From Macrostomum lignano (lineage: Eukaryota): a stretch of 64,000 nucleotides of DNA. Location of the stretch: contig NIVC01000528.1 of NCBI GenBank assembly GCA_002269645.1, positions 62,001-126,000 on the forward strand, in the 5' to 3' direction. A program made the translations under genes and the position numbers. Below the pieces are notes generated by a model, which was not told the origin of the DNA, did no database searches, and worked only from the letters and a program-made list of their open reading frames with translations. This document shows, in pieces, positions 33,610 through 43,009 of the stretch (position 1 is its first letter; each line of letters starts with the position of its first letter).

Positions 33610-36600
33610 TTGAAATTATATTTCCTGCAACTTTTTTCATTCATGTCTTGTCTCCGCATGGATTCTCAATCCATAAAAAATGCTAGAGCAGCTGCAAATA
33701 TTCATTTTGCTGTTAGTTTGCTACAAGAAGGAATTGATGCATTACTAAAGAGACACTGCGGACTTCAACAGCAACCAGATTTCAACACCTGCTTGCAGAT
33801 GTTAGAGACACAAATAGCCAAGCTTTTACCAGATGCGAGTTCCCAGGATCAGCTCCTTAAAACAATGCAGTTAGCCAGGGCGACAAGAAACCGCTACTCC
33901 CATCAGGAATTCGACGTCAACCGTTTCGAGCACGATGTCGAGTGCCTGCTCAAGCTGGCATCCTTGCTGGGACTGACTGAGTGCAGAGAGCAAATCATGA
34001 GCTTCACTGGCAGTGTGGGAACTTCTGGCGAAGACTGGGAGAAGCTGAAGATCGAAGGAAATGAGCACTACAAAAACTCAAGGTGGACAGAAGCGATGAA
34101 CTGCTACACCGGAGCAATCTGCATCAACTCAACACAGGCAATTCTGTACTCAAATCGCGCTCTGTGTGAAATCCAACTGCGCAAGTTCGATTTGGCTCGT
34201 GAGGACGCCGAGGAGGCCATCGTACTGAACCCAAAGCAGGTCAAGTTTTACCGAACATTATCTGAAGCACTGTGCAACCTTGAGCTGTATGAGGAGGCTG
34301 TGGCTGCGTGCGAGGATGGTCTGAAGATCGATCCTAGAGATGAGACTCTGCTTGTAAGATCGAGGGACTGCCAAGCTTTGGTAGCCGATGCCAAAATTAA
34401 AGAGCATCCTGTGGGCGGAGGTTTTAATCACATTAAAACGCCGGAGGTTTCGAGAAATTTTTTAGCTCATTTTTGGAAGCAGGCATCCGATGTCTCAGAT
34501 GAGGACGCCTGCCAAATGCACATGGTCCATCTACAGACCGCCTACGAAATCAGCAAAGCTCATCGTATTTTGCATTCAGGAAGAGGTAAAGTCGAGGAGG
34601 AGAATAAGGCGCTGGAAATCTACAAGTCTGCTGCCGAACGAGGTAGTGCAGAAGGCTTGTACAACATGGCAATCATGCTCAAAGAAGGATTGGCCGGAAT
34701 TTCTAAAAACCCGAAAAAGTATCTCGAACTTTGTCATGAAGCTGCTGAGCAAAAGCCCTATCTAAAAATCGCTAAAACTGATATTGTTTTCCCCAATATT
34801 GGCGTCGCGCAAACAGAAAACGCCATAGCAATGGCCTATAGAGATGGTTTTACAGTTGACCAGGATGACGAGCGCGCGTTCCAGTGGTTTCGGAAATCTG
34901 CAGAGCATGGCTGTCCATCCGGAATGAACAACCTGGGCTTGGCGCTGTACAGAGGCTCTGGCTGCAAGAAGAACCTTAACTCCGCTCGCTGGTGGTACCA
35001 GAAATCTGCGGACCTTGGACTCGCGGAGGCTCAATCGAATCTGGCTGGGATGCTCATAAATGGAGAAGGAGGACCACAGGACGCATCGAAAGCGGCTGAG
35101 TTATTAAAAGCTGCTGCAAAGCAGGGTCTTCCGGGTGCTGTCAAGGCACTGCAGCAGCTGCATGTGTCAGGGCCTCTCGGTGCTGAATCAATGCATGCTT
35201 CGAGAAAGGTTGTTCAGGAATTGGCTGACTCGAATGACAAGCAAGCCTTGTTTCTTATCGGAATAAACTACATGACCGGAGGAGGTGGTTTTGCTAAAGA
35301 CTTCGCGGAGGCCGAAAAATACTTAAGGAAGGCATCGGCCTTAAATCAGAAGGAAGCCATTTTTGAACTTGGAAGACTTTTACTACAGCAAAGAAAAAAC
35401 AAAGATGCTATACCTTTTTTGAAGAAAGCCTCTGAGAGTGGAAATACAGATGCTCAACGTATTCTGGGCGTTCAACTAGCTCTTAAGCACGGTTGCGAAC
35501 AAGATACAACAAAAGCTCGCCAGTGGCTGCTTCGTTCGAAGCTGAGCCCACGTGAAGTTGAAGAAATAATTCATTTTTGCAGTGACATTGTTCAGTTTGA
35601 AGCTTCTAAGAAACTTTCACCGGACGGCCTTTCTTGCTGTGAACGAGTCGAGAGACTTGCTGAATCTTTTGTGCAAAATGAGTCGAAAAAGCAAAGCCTA
35701 AAGAATTTGAGTGAAATTTTTAGACGACAAGAAGAGAACCCACCTCATCCAGCATCTTTTTGCTACAATCCAGACTCTCCTGGAATGATGCAGTCAATGG
35801 TTCTAAGTGTAGAAAAAGGTTCTAAAACAGCTATGAAGTTTTTTGTTGCTTTGAATCTTTTGCAACAGGCGAGTTTAGCATTGGATGATTGCAATTCATC
35901 AGCAGAAGCATTTCGCCTGTACAGACAAGCTCTTCGAGCCTGGGACCTTCTTCCAGTTGACGTTGACATTTGGGAGAGGCTCTTTGCCGCCGCATCAAAA
36001 GCGCTTGATAGAAATCCGAATGATGCCGATGCACTGTACATCATTATGGACTACAAAAGTATGAACAAACTTTGCAACGATGCTGAGTTGCTTCAAATGG
36101 CATACCGCTGTGCCTCGTGTAATCCTGATATAGCTGATTACCATTACAGATTAGGCTGCATGTACGCATTTACAGGCGATTACGTTGCCTCAGTTCGAAG
36201 TTTTGAACATGCTCTTGAGCTTGAATGGGAGCCTGAGTGGCTTTATTCTAAAGCGACGTCGCTACGACTCCAACGTGATACAGACCGAGCAGCTGTTATC
36301 AAAGCGTATGAAGACTACATTTCTTCTAATGAACCAGACGGCCAGAAAATTCCCGAGGCATGCTATTGTATTGCCATTGAATACTTCACTATGAGCGACC
36401 TTAAGAATTCACGAATTTATTTTGAGAAGGGTCTCCGAGCCGAGAGTCCTGATGTAAGGCTGCCTTGCTTCGGACCAATCAAGAATTTTGATTCTAAAAA
36501 CATACTGAAAGAGGCTTTTAAGTTTAACTTGCCCAATGCCCCCAATCAGCCAATCGCTTGCACTAATAAATGCGCGAACTGTGAACGGCCTGGAGCAACC

Positions 36601-36696
36601 AGGTGTTGTAGAAAATGCAAGAAAATTTACTACTGTGATCGAGATTGTCAGCAAAAGCACCGGAAGAAACACACCAAAGTTTGCGCTGCTAAGTAA
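33610..36696 (+). CDS. HEPN-like / TPR / Sel1 / TPR / MYND protein, paralogue 2; likely start at ATG 33658 (1012 aa)
   Basis: Intronless ORF. RNRYSH at 33886..33903, TPRs, Sel1 repeats, and MYND CANC..CRKC..YCDRDCQ..H..C. Confidence 0.9.
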   Translation: MKLYFLQLFSFMSCLRMDSQSIKNARAAANIHFAVSLLQEGIDALLKRHCGLQQQPDFNTCLQMLETQIAKLLPDASSQDQLLKTMQLARATRNRYSHQEFDVNRFEHDVECLLKLASLLGLTECREQIMSFTGSVGTSGEDWEKLKIEGNEHYKNSRWTEAMNCYTGAICINSTQAILYSNRALCEIQLRKFDLAREDAEEAIVLNPKQVKFYRTLSEALCNLELYEEAVAACEDGLKIDPRDETLLVRSRDCQALVADAKIKEHPVGGGFNHIKTPEVSRNFLAHFWKQASDVSDEDACQMHMVHLQTAYEISKAHRILHSGRGKVEEENKALEIYKSAAERGSAEGLYNMAIMLKEGLAGISKNPKKYLELCHEAAEQKPYLKIAKTDIVFPNIGVAQTENAIAMAYRDGFTVDQDDERAFQWFRKSAEHGCPSGMNNLGLALYRGSGCKKNLNSARWWYQKSADLGLAEAQSNLAGMLINGEGGPQDASKAAELLKAAAKQGLPGAVKALQQLHVSGPLGAESMHASRKVVQELADSNDKQALFLIGINYMTGGGGFAKDFAEAEKYLRKASALNQKEAIFELGRLLLQQRKNKDAIPFLKKASESGNTDAQRILGVQLALKHGCEQDTTKARQWLLRSKLSPREVEEIIHFCSDIVQFEASKKLSPDGLSCCERVERLAESFVQNESKKQSLKNLSEIFRRQEENPPHPASFCYNPDSPGMMQSMVLSVEKGSKTAMKFFVALNLLQQASLALDDCNSSAEAFRLYRQALRAWDLLPVDVDIWERLFAAASKALDRNPNDADALYIIMDYKSMNKLCNDAELLQMAYRCASCNPDIADYHYRLGCMYAFTGDYVASVRSFEHALELEWEPEWLYSKATSLRLQRDTDRAAVIKAYEDYISSNEPDGQKIPEACYCIAIEYFTMSDLKNSRIYFEKGLRAESPDVRLPCFGPIKNFDSKNILKEAFKFNLPNAPNQPIACTNKCANCERPGATRCCRKCKKIYYCDRDCQQKHRKKHTKVCAAK

Positions 36697-38234
36697 AGTT
36701 CGAAAGCCACCGTCTGCATGCCAAATTTTTTTCTTCGAGCTCTTTTTTGCCAAATTAACGCAACGTAATTCTTTTGCTTCTTTTGCCTTAGCATCTATTT
36801 ATCCTCTTATATTCCTTTTGTTTGTTTATCTGTTTTAACACTATTCTGCTGTCTCTACACGTTTTTCATGCATGCATTCATACATGTTTTTATAAGTATC
36901 TTTTCGGCCGCTAACTAAGAACTAATAATTTCTAACCCTCTAAGCCTTCGCTGATCATCATCCCCCACTAGAATAAACTGCTGAGAATTGCTGAGATGTC
37001 AAGGCTTGAGGTCAGAAGCTACATGTAGTTTATTCAAAATTTAGTATTCCATTCTTTGTTGGCTCGCCAACGGGGGCGCTGATTGGTAGCTTATGCTTAT
37101 GCTACTATTGGTTTATTTTGTCCTAAATTATACATAATTAGTGTTCAGTCACAGACTTAATTCACTCGAGTCAGCTGACGCGATTAAGCACGCGAATATC
37201 AGTAGCAAGTTTAAAATAAAAAAATAAACGTGAGAAAATAGATGTTTAGATAACGCGCCGTTCCCAGACTCCCGATTCTGGCCGACTCCCACGGACCCTT
37301 TCGCTCGTGCGTCATCTGAAATAACTCAGTATTGAGTGTAGTTGTTGAATTCCCGCCGCACGTAAAGACATGAAGACCCTTTAAATCAGACTTTTAGGGC
37401 GGCCTGTACTTGTCCTTTACAATCAAGCACTTGTGGGTTTTGTAAGAGTGCAGCTGTCCACCACTGCTACACTCCACCACGCTCTGATAAAATTTCAATT
37501 TTCCTAATTCCCTAAACTAAATTATATTCTTAATACGAGCTAGTCCCTAAGGTTAGTTCTAAATTACGGAAAGTATATAAAACCTAACCCTAACCCTAAC
37601 TTTAGGCTCGTTTAGTTTTGTGATGATATTTCCTGTTACAGTTGTTCTATAGTTTGTCAATTTTTTTAACTTTCAGCTACTAGCGTACTTTGTTAGATAG
37701 AATATCTGACTTTCGAACATTTTTGGCATGTTTTAACCTTTTAACCGTAAAATTTTAAATATATAAGCATAGATTTTTACTTCCGTAACCTTGCGTCTCT
37801 ATCTGATGTTTTTTTCTTTCAAGATCAAATGTTATTTAGGGCTAGGTAATTCTTCACACGTATTTCGGATGCACTCTGTCGCCCCTAGGTAAGTTTAAGC
37901 TTTGAAATTAACGGTAGGCTTCATAATAGACTAATACGAGAGTAATGCGTTTTCGTAGCCATCAAATGAAGCCCTTTTTGTATAATCACTTTGTACATGA
38001 GTTTTATGAATCGATGACTCATTTGATGCTGGTGTGAACGAACGTAGCCGACCTACTGGTACGAGTACATCATACTCGTCGGCTCTAGGAGCTAAGCTAT
38101 GGGGTTTGTCACCAATCAAATTTTATTCCCTATCAGTTCTATTAAGTCTATGTGTTCAAGTTAGCATTAGCATCTCTGGAAAATGTGTTCAACGTTTGTC
38201 TTCAAATTGCATTTCAGCGCCATTCCCATTGAAC

Positions 38235-41200
38235 ATGATGGATTTTCAAACAATAGATCAAGCTAAGGCAACTGCAAGCATTTATTTTGCTGTAAATCTG
38301 GTACAGGACTCGATTTACGCAATGCTAAAGAAAAAGTTTGGACTAAAAAAGAAGCTGGATTTTAAAGGTTGTCTAGAGATGGTGAAGAAACACGTAGCCA
38401 AATTCTTGCCTGACGCAAATTCCCATGCTCAGCTTCGTAACGCAATGAATTCAGCCAGAGAAACTCGAAACCGATATTCCCATCAAGATTTCGACGTAAA
38501 CCGTTTTGAGCACGATGTCGAGTCTCTGCTCAGTCTGGCCTCATTGTTGGGACTTACCGAGTGCAGAGAGCAAATCATGAAGCACATTGGCAGTTTTGTA
38601 CCTTCAGGTAAAAATTTGGAGAAACTCAAGGCTGAGGCAAGCGAGCACTACAAAAATTCCAGGTGGACAGAAGCGATGAACTGCTACAGCGGAGCAATCC
38701 GCATCAGCTCAGCAGAAGCTGCTCTGTACTCGAATCGCGCTCTGTGTGAAATCCAACTGCGCAAGTTCGAGTTGGCTCGTGAGGACGCCCAGAGCGCCAT
38801 TGGTATTGACCGGAATCAGGTGAAGTTTTACTGCATTTTGTCCGAAGCACTTTACAACCTTCAGCTCTACAAGGAGGCTGCAGATGCGTGTAAACAAGGC
38901 CTGAGGATAGATTCGAAAAATGAGACTCTGATTGGGAGAGAAAAAGATTGTCAAGCTTTCATTGTGGATGAAGACGCCAAACTACAACCAGTCCATGACG
39001 GCAGTGAGAAATTACAAGAAGCAGGCGTTTCTGAAACAATGTTAAATCGAATTTCCACTGAAGACGTTTGTTTCATGGACAGCGTCATGTGCGAAACATC
39101 ACTCGAGCTCCGTAAAGCGCATCGCATTTTGCAGTCGGACAGAACTGATCTTCGCGAAATGCAAAAAGCACTGAATATATTTGAGTCAGCCGCCAAGCGT
39201 GGAAGTGCGGAGGGGCTGTACAATACCGCATTGATGTACAAGAATGGATCGGCCGGGCTGGTAAAGAACCCAAAGAAATATCTCAGTTTGTGCCGTGAAG
39301 CGGCCCAGCAAAAGCCTTATATAAAAGTAGTGGCCAATAATACAATTTTACCAAATGTTGGAGTTGCAGAAGCAGAAAATGCCATTGCGATGGCCTATAG
39401 AGATGGCTTAACTGTTGAAAAGGATGACAAGCTCGCCTTCCAGTGGTTTCTGAAGTCTGCACAGCATGGCTGCGCGTTAGCAATGAACAGCCTAGGCATG
39501 GCCTTCTACAATGGAACTGGCTGCGAAAAGCACCTTGCCTTCGCTCGGTCGTGGTACCAAAAGTCTGCGGACCTCGGACAAGCTGAGGCTCAGTTTAGTT
39601 TAGCCGAAATGCTTGTCAACGAAGAGGGAGGGCCAAAGGACTTGTCAAAGGCAGGTGAGCTTTTTAAAGCTGCTGCAGACCAGGGCTTTCCAGGCGCTAA
39701 AACTGCACTCAATCGGCTGCAGCGACTTGGACATGTTGGTGCTAAATCGGTTAATGCGGAAGTCTCTCAGGAAACAACTGATTCGTATGAAAATAAAGTT
39801 TTTTTTCTTGTTGGAATGAACTACATGATCGGAGGACAAGGCTTGACGGAGGCAGACTTGACGGAGGCAGAAAAATACTTGAGAAAGGCTTCTAATTTGA
39901 ATCATAAGGAAGCAACTTTTGAGCTTGGAAAATTTCTTTTACAGCAAAGAAAAAGTGCTGAGGCAATTTCTTTCCTTCGAAAAGCTGCAGAATTACATAG
40001 CCAGGGTGCTCAACGGACTTTTGGCTTTTTATTGGCTTTCGGTCATGGTTGCGAGCGAGATGAGGCGCAAGCTCGTCGATGGCTGCTACGTTCAGAGACT
40101 AGCAAATGTGTCATCGATGACAGCATAAAATATTACGGTGCTGTTGTCGAGTTTGAAGCTGCTCAAAATCTCTCAACACGTGAATTAACTGTCTTTGAGC
40201 GAATCGAAAGGTACACGAATTCACTTTGTTCATCTGCACCGGACAAGCAGAGGCTGAAAGATTTGCTTGGTATTCTAGCACAAAGCCTCTGCACACGTCA
40301 CCCTGCTGCGGAATTGGATTCGCTCCCTTGGCTGATGGCCGTGCCAACAATGGCGGAGAGGGCCATGCAAGGATCAAGAACTGCCAATAAGTTTTTTCAT
40401 AGTTTAGATCTTCTAAACAAAACACGTTCGGCATTGGAAAGTAAGAACTCTTCAGAGGCCTTTCGCCTCTATAGGCAAGCAAATAGAGTCTTTCCGACTG
40501 TTCCTGTGGATTCTCTGACCATGGGTATGCTGGTTTCTGAAGCTAAAGAAGCCTTGGAGACTAACCCTAACAACACTGACGCTATATATCTACTTATTTT
40601 ATACAATGCCAGCAAGAGTCTCTGCAGTGTTTCAGAGCTACTTCAAATGGCGTTGCAATGTACTAACTTGAGTCCAGATGTAGCAGATTACCAGAACATG
40701 CTTGGCAACATGTACATATTCAATCGGGAGTTCGTTTCGGCCTGTCAATCAATTGAGCTAGCTCTTGAGCTCGAACAGGAACCGGACTGGCTCTACGGTA
40801 AAGCATCGGCCCTGAGAAGTCAAGATGATATTGATCTCAAATCTGTGATCGATGCGTACGAAGAATACATTGCCTCCAGCGAGCCCGACAGCCTGAATGT
40901 ACCGAACGCTTTTTACTGCATAGCTGAGGCGTATCTGGGCCTGAATGATGAAGACAAGGCTAAAGAGTTTTACGAGAAAGGTCTCCATGCCGAGAGTCCT
41001 GAAATAAGACTTCCATATTTCAAACGGTGTTATGATTATTTTGTAAAGAAGATGCTGGAGGCATATTTTGATGCAGTCGCAACTATTCGAGACTTCGTAC
41101 TGACGAGCTGCATGGCCGTCGCGAGCAGCGAGTCAAGCGGGAGCCGATGCGCCAACTGCGGGAAGCTCGAAGATCTGCTTCGCTGCAGCAGATGCCATAA

Positions 41201-41270
41201 AACTTTCTATTGCGGTCGGGATTGCCAACGGAAGCACTGGAAGCAACACAAACTACATTGCAGTCCCTAG
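38235..41270 (+). CDS. HEPN-like / TPR / Sel1 / TPR / MYND protein, paralogue 3 (about 1011 aa; frame open from 38034)
   Basis: MMDFQTI.. aligns with the paralogue 2 start. RNRYSH at 38466..38483, same repeat order, MYND CANCGK..RCSRC..YCGRDCQRKHWKQHKLHC. Confidence 0.9.
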   Translation: MMDFQTIDQAKATASIYFAVNLVQDSIYAMLKKKFGLKKKLDFKGCLEMVKKHVAKFLPDANSHAQLRNAMNSARETRNRYSHQDFDVNRFEHDVESLLSLASLLGLTECREQIMKHIGSFVPSGKNLEKLKAEASEHYKNSRWTEAMNCYSGAIRISSAEAALYSNRALCEIQLRKFELAREDAQSAIGIDRNQVKFYCILSEALYNLQLYKEAADACKQGLRIDSKNETLIGREKDCQAFIVDEDAKLQPVHDGSEKLQEAGVSETMLNRISTEDVCFMDSVMCETSLELRKAHRILQSDRTDLREMQKALNIFESAAKRGSAEGLYNTALMYKNGSAGLVKNPKKYLSLCREAAQQKPYIKVVANNTILPNVGVAEAENAIAMAYRDGLTVEKDDKLAFQWFLKSAQHGCALAMNSLGMAFYNGTGCEKHLAFARSWYQKSADLGQAEAQFSLAEMLVNEEGGPKDLSKAGELFKAAADQGFPGAKTALNRLQRLGHVGAKSVNAEVSQETTDSYENKVFFLVGMNYMIGGQGLTEADLTEAEKYLRKASNLNHKEATFELGKFLLQQRKSAEAISFLRKAAELHSQGAQRTFGFLLAFGHGCERDEAQARRWLLRSETSKCVIDDSIKYYGAVVEFEAAQNLSTRELTVFERIERYTNSLCSSAPDKQRLKDLLGILAQSLCTRHPAAELDSLPWLMAVPTMAERAMQGSRTANKFFHSLDLLNKTRSALESKNSSEAFRLYRQANRVFPTVPVDSLTMGMLVSEAKEALETNPNNTDAIYLLILYNASKSLCSVSELLQMALQCTNLSPDVADYQNMLGNMYIFNREFVSACQSIELALELEQEPDWLYGKASALRSQDDIDLKSVIDAYEEYIASSEPDSLNVPNAFYCIAEAYLGLNDEDKAKEFYEKGLHAESPEIRLPYFKRCYDYFVKKMLEAYFDAVATIRDFVLTSCMAVASSESSGSRCANCGKLEDLLRCSRCHKTFYCGRDCQRKHWKQHKLHCSP

Positions 41271-41749
41271 TTTTTCCTACACAAGTATTTAGAACTAACG
41301 CGGAATGGAAAATCTTTTTTGTGAGTTAGTGTGACATTTGGCATTTGTAATGTGCTTAATCCGTATTAATGTATAAAAAAGTATGTCACGATTGACTGCG
41401 ATTTTCTTTACTGCTTAAATTTTACTATTCGTTTTAGATAATTTACATCAGAAACGACAGGCATCAATTATCCCTGAATTTTGTTACATTTGCGTCTAAT
41501 TTTGATTTCATTAATTTCTGCTTTGCCAACACAATTTGTTTTATCAGTTTTATAAAGCCCCAATGGCACACCTCCCAAAGACGCGAGCGCTGTTTCCGAT
41601 TACTTTAATGCGAGTTGAACTCTTCCAAATTGTGCAACGCATGCACAGCCTGAAAGGTAATAAATGTTTTTGGGCGAGTAAATGCATGTATCTAGAACGC
41701 TAGGACGCTAGAATTTGCGCGACTGGATTTCGCGCTACTTGTTTTCTGC

Positions 41750-41885
41750 GCGACTGGATTTTGGGCGACCTGGAATTGAAGCGACTGTATTTCACGCGAC
41801 TGAATTTCACGCGACTGAATTTCACGCGACTGAATTTCACGCGACTGTATTTCACGCGACTGTATTTCACGCGACTGTATTTCGA
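41750..41885. repeat. 15-bp minisatellite (gcgactgaatttcac)
   Basis: About 7 near-perfect units plus degenerate flanking units. Confidence 0.85.
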
Positions 41886-43009
41886 ACGATTGGATTTGAG
41901 TTAGAGGGTTTAGATAGGAGTAAAATTTGCTGGTGTAAATGTACTTAAATCCAGTTCTATGCACATCTACGTTGGTGTAACTTTCATATACCAAATTAAT
42001 GGTTTGTCGGTAGGTATCTATGTGATCGATTCGAGAAAAAACGGCTCAACCAATCTTCATCAAACTTAATTGTTCTAAATTTGTACACTCCTCTGTTGCG
42101 CTTTGCCTGTTGATTTACTTTTCAATTAGCTGCTTTTAATATATTTATATGATGCACGAGTTTCCACTTCGAGATCATACACCTAACGTTCTGGATGTTC
42201 AGTCTTTTTACTTTCATTTAACTGATTTGTATAAACTCAGACTTTACTTTTAAATCTGAGCAGACTTTCATTCAGAGCTACAGGACTTGACCTAGCCACA
42301 TCTTTCCCTAGAATTTAAGGGTTTCAGTCAGTCAGCCAGATAACTGATTAGTTATTTATCGAAAAACTTCTTATCTCGATAAGAAGTGCAAAATGCAAAA
42401 GTGCGCAAATGCAAAAAGAGAGAATGCAAAAGTTCTAATCAGTAGCCGACCAAATAAATTGTTTTATGTGCTTGACCCTTGACTCCTGAGAATTTCTTCT
42501 TGAGCTTTGGGTCTTAGCAACCCTCTGAGACAGATAACTGATTAGTTATTTATGGAAAAACTTCTTATCTCGATAATGCAGCAGACTCCATTGAAATTTG
42601 CTCTTTTTGCGAGAGTAGTGAGTGCCCTTGCACTTTAGTTGTACCCTTTGCGACCTTCATACTGACAGTATTTAATGAATTCCCAGCCCTGTCCCGAAGC
42701 CTCGGAAAAGGCAACTGCGAAACAGTATCGGTATATCGTTTAGTTTAAGTCTTTTAGCTCTCTAATCATTCCGACCTATTACTGCCTGATTAGAAAATAA
42801 TTTAAAGAGGCTGTCAATTACGAGTGTTTGATGCAAATCGTCGATCATAAGTCGCAACATCAAAACTTGAGTAAAAGCCTTTTCTTTCTTTTTTCTCTGT
42901 TAAACCCATTCCCGTTATGTATAATCCGTTTATTACACTAATAGCATGTTTTCTACTGTTTTAGCGGTTAAGCAAGTCGCTAGTTTTAGCCACAGTTTAT
43001 ACACGAAAT

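Noticed and set aside
37581-37600. Interstitial (CCCTAA)n
   Set aside because: Only about 3 units; not enough to call a telomeric remnant.
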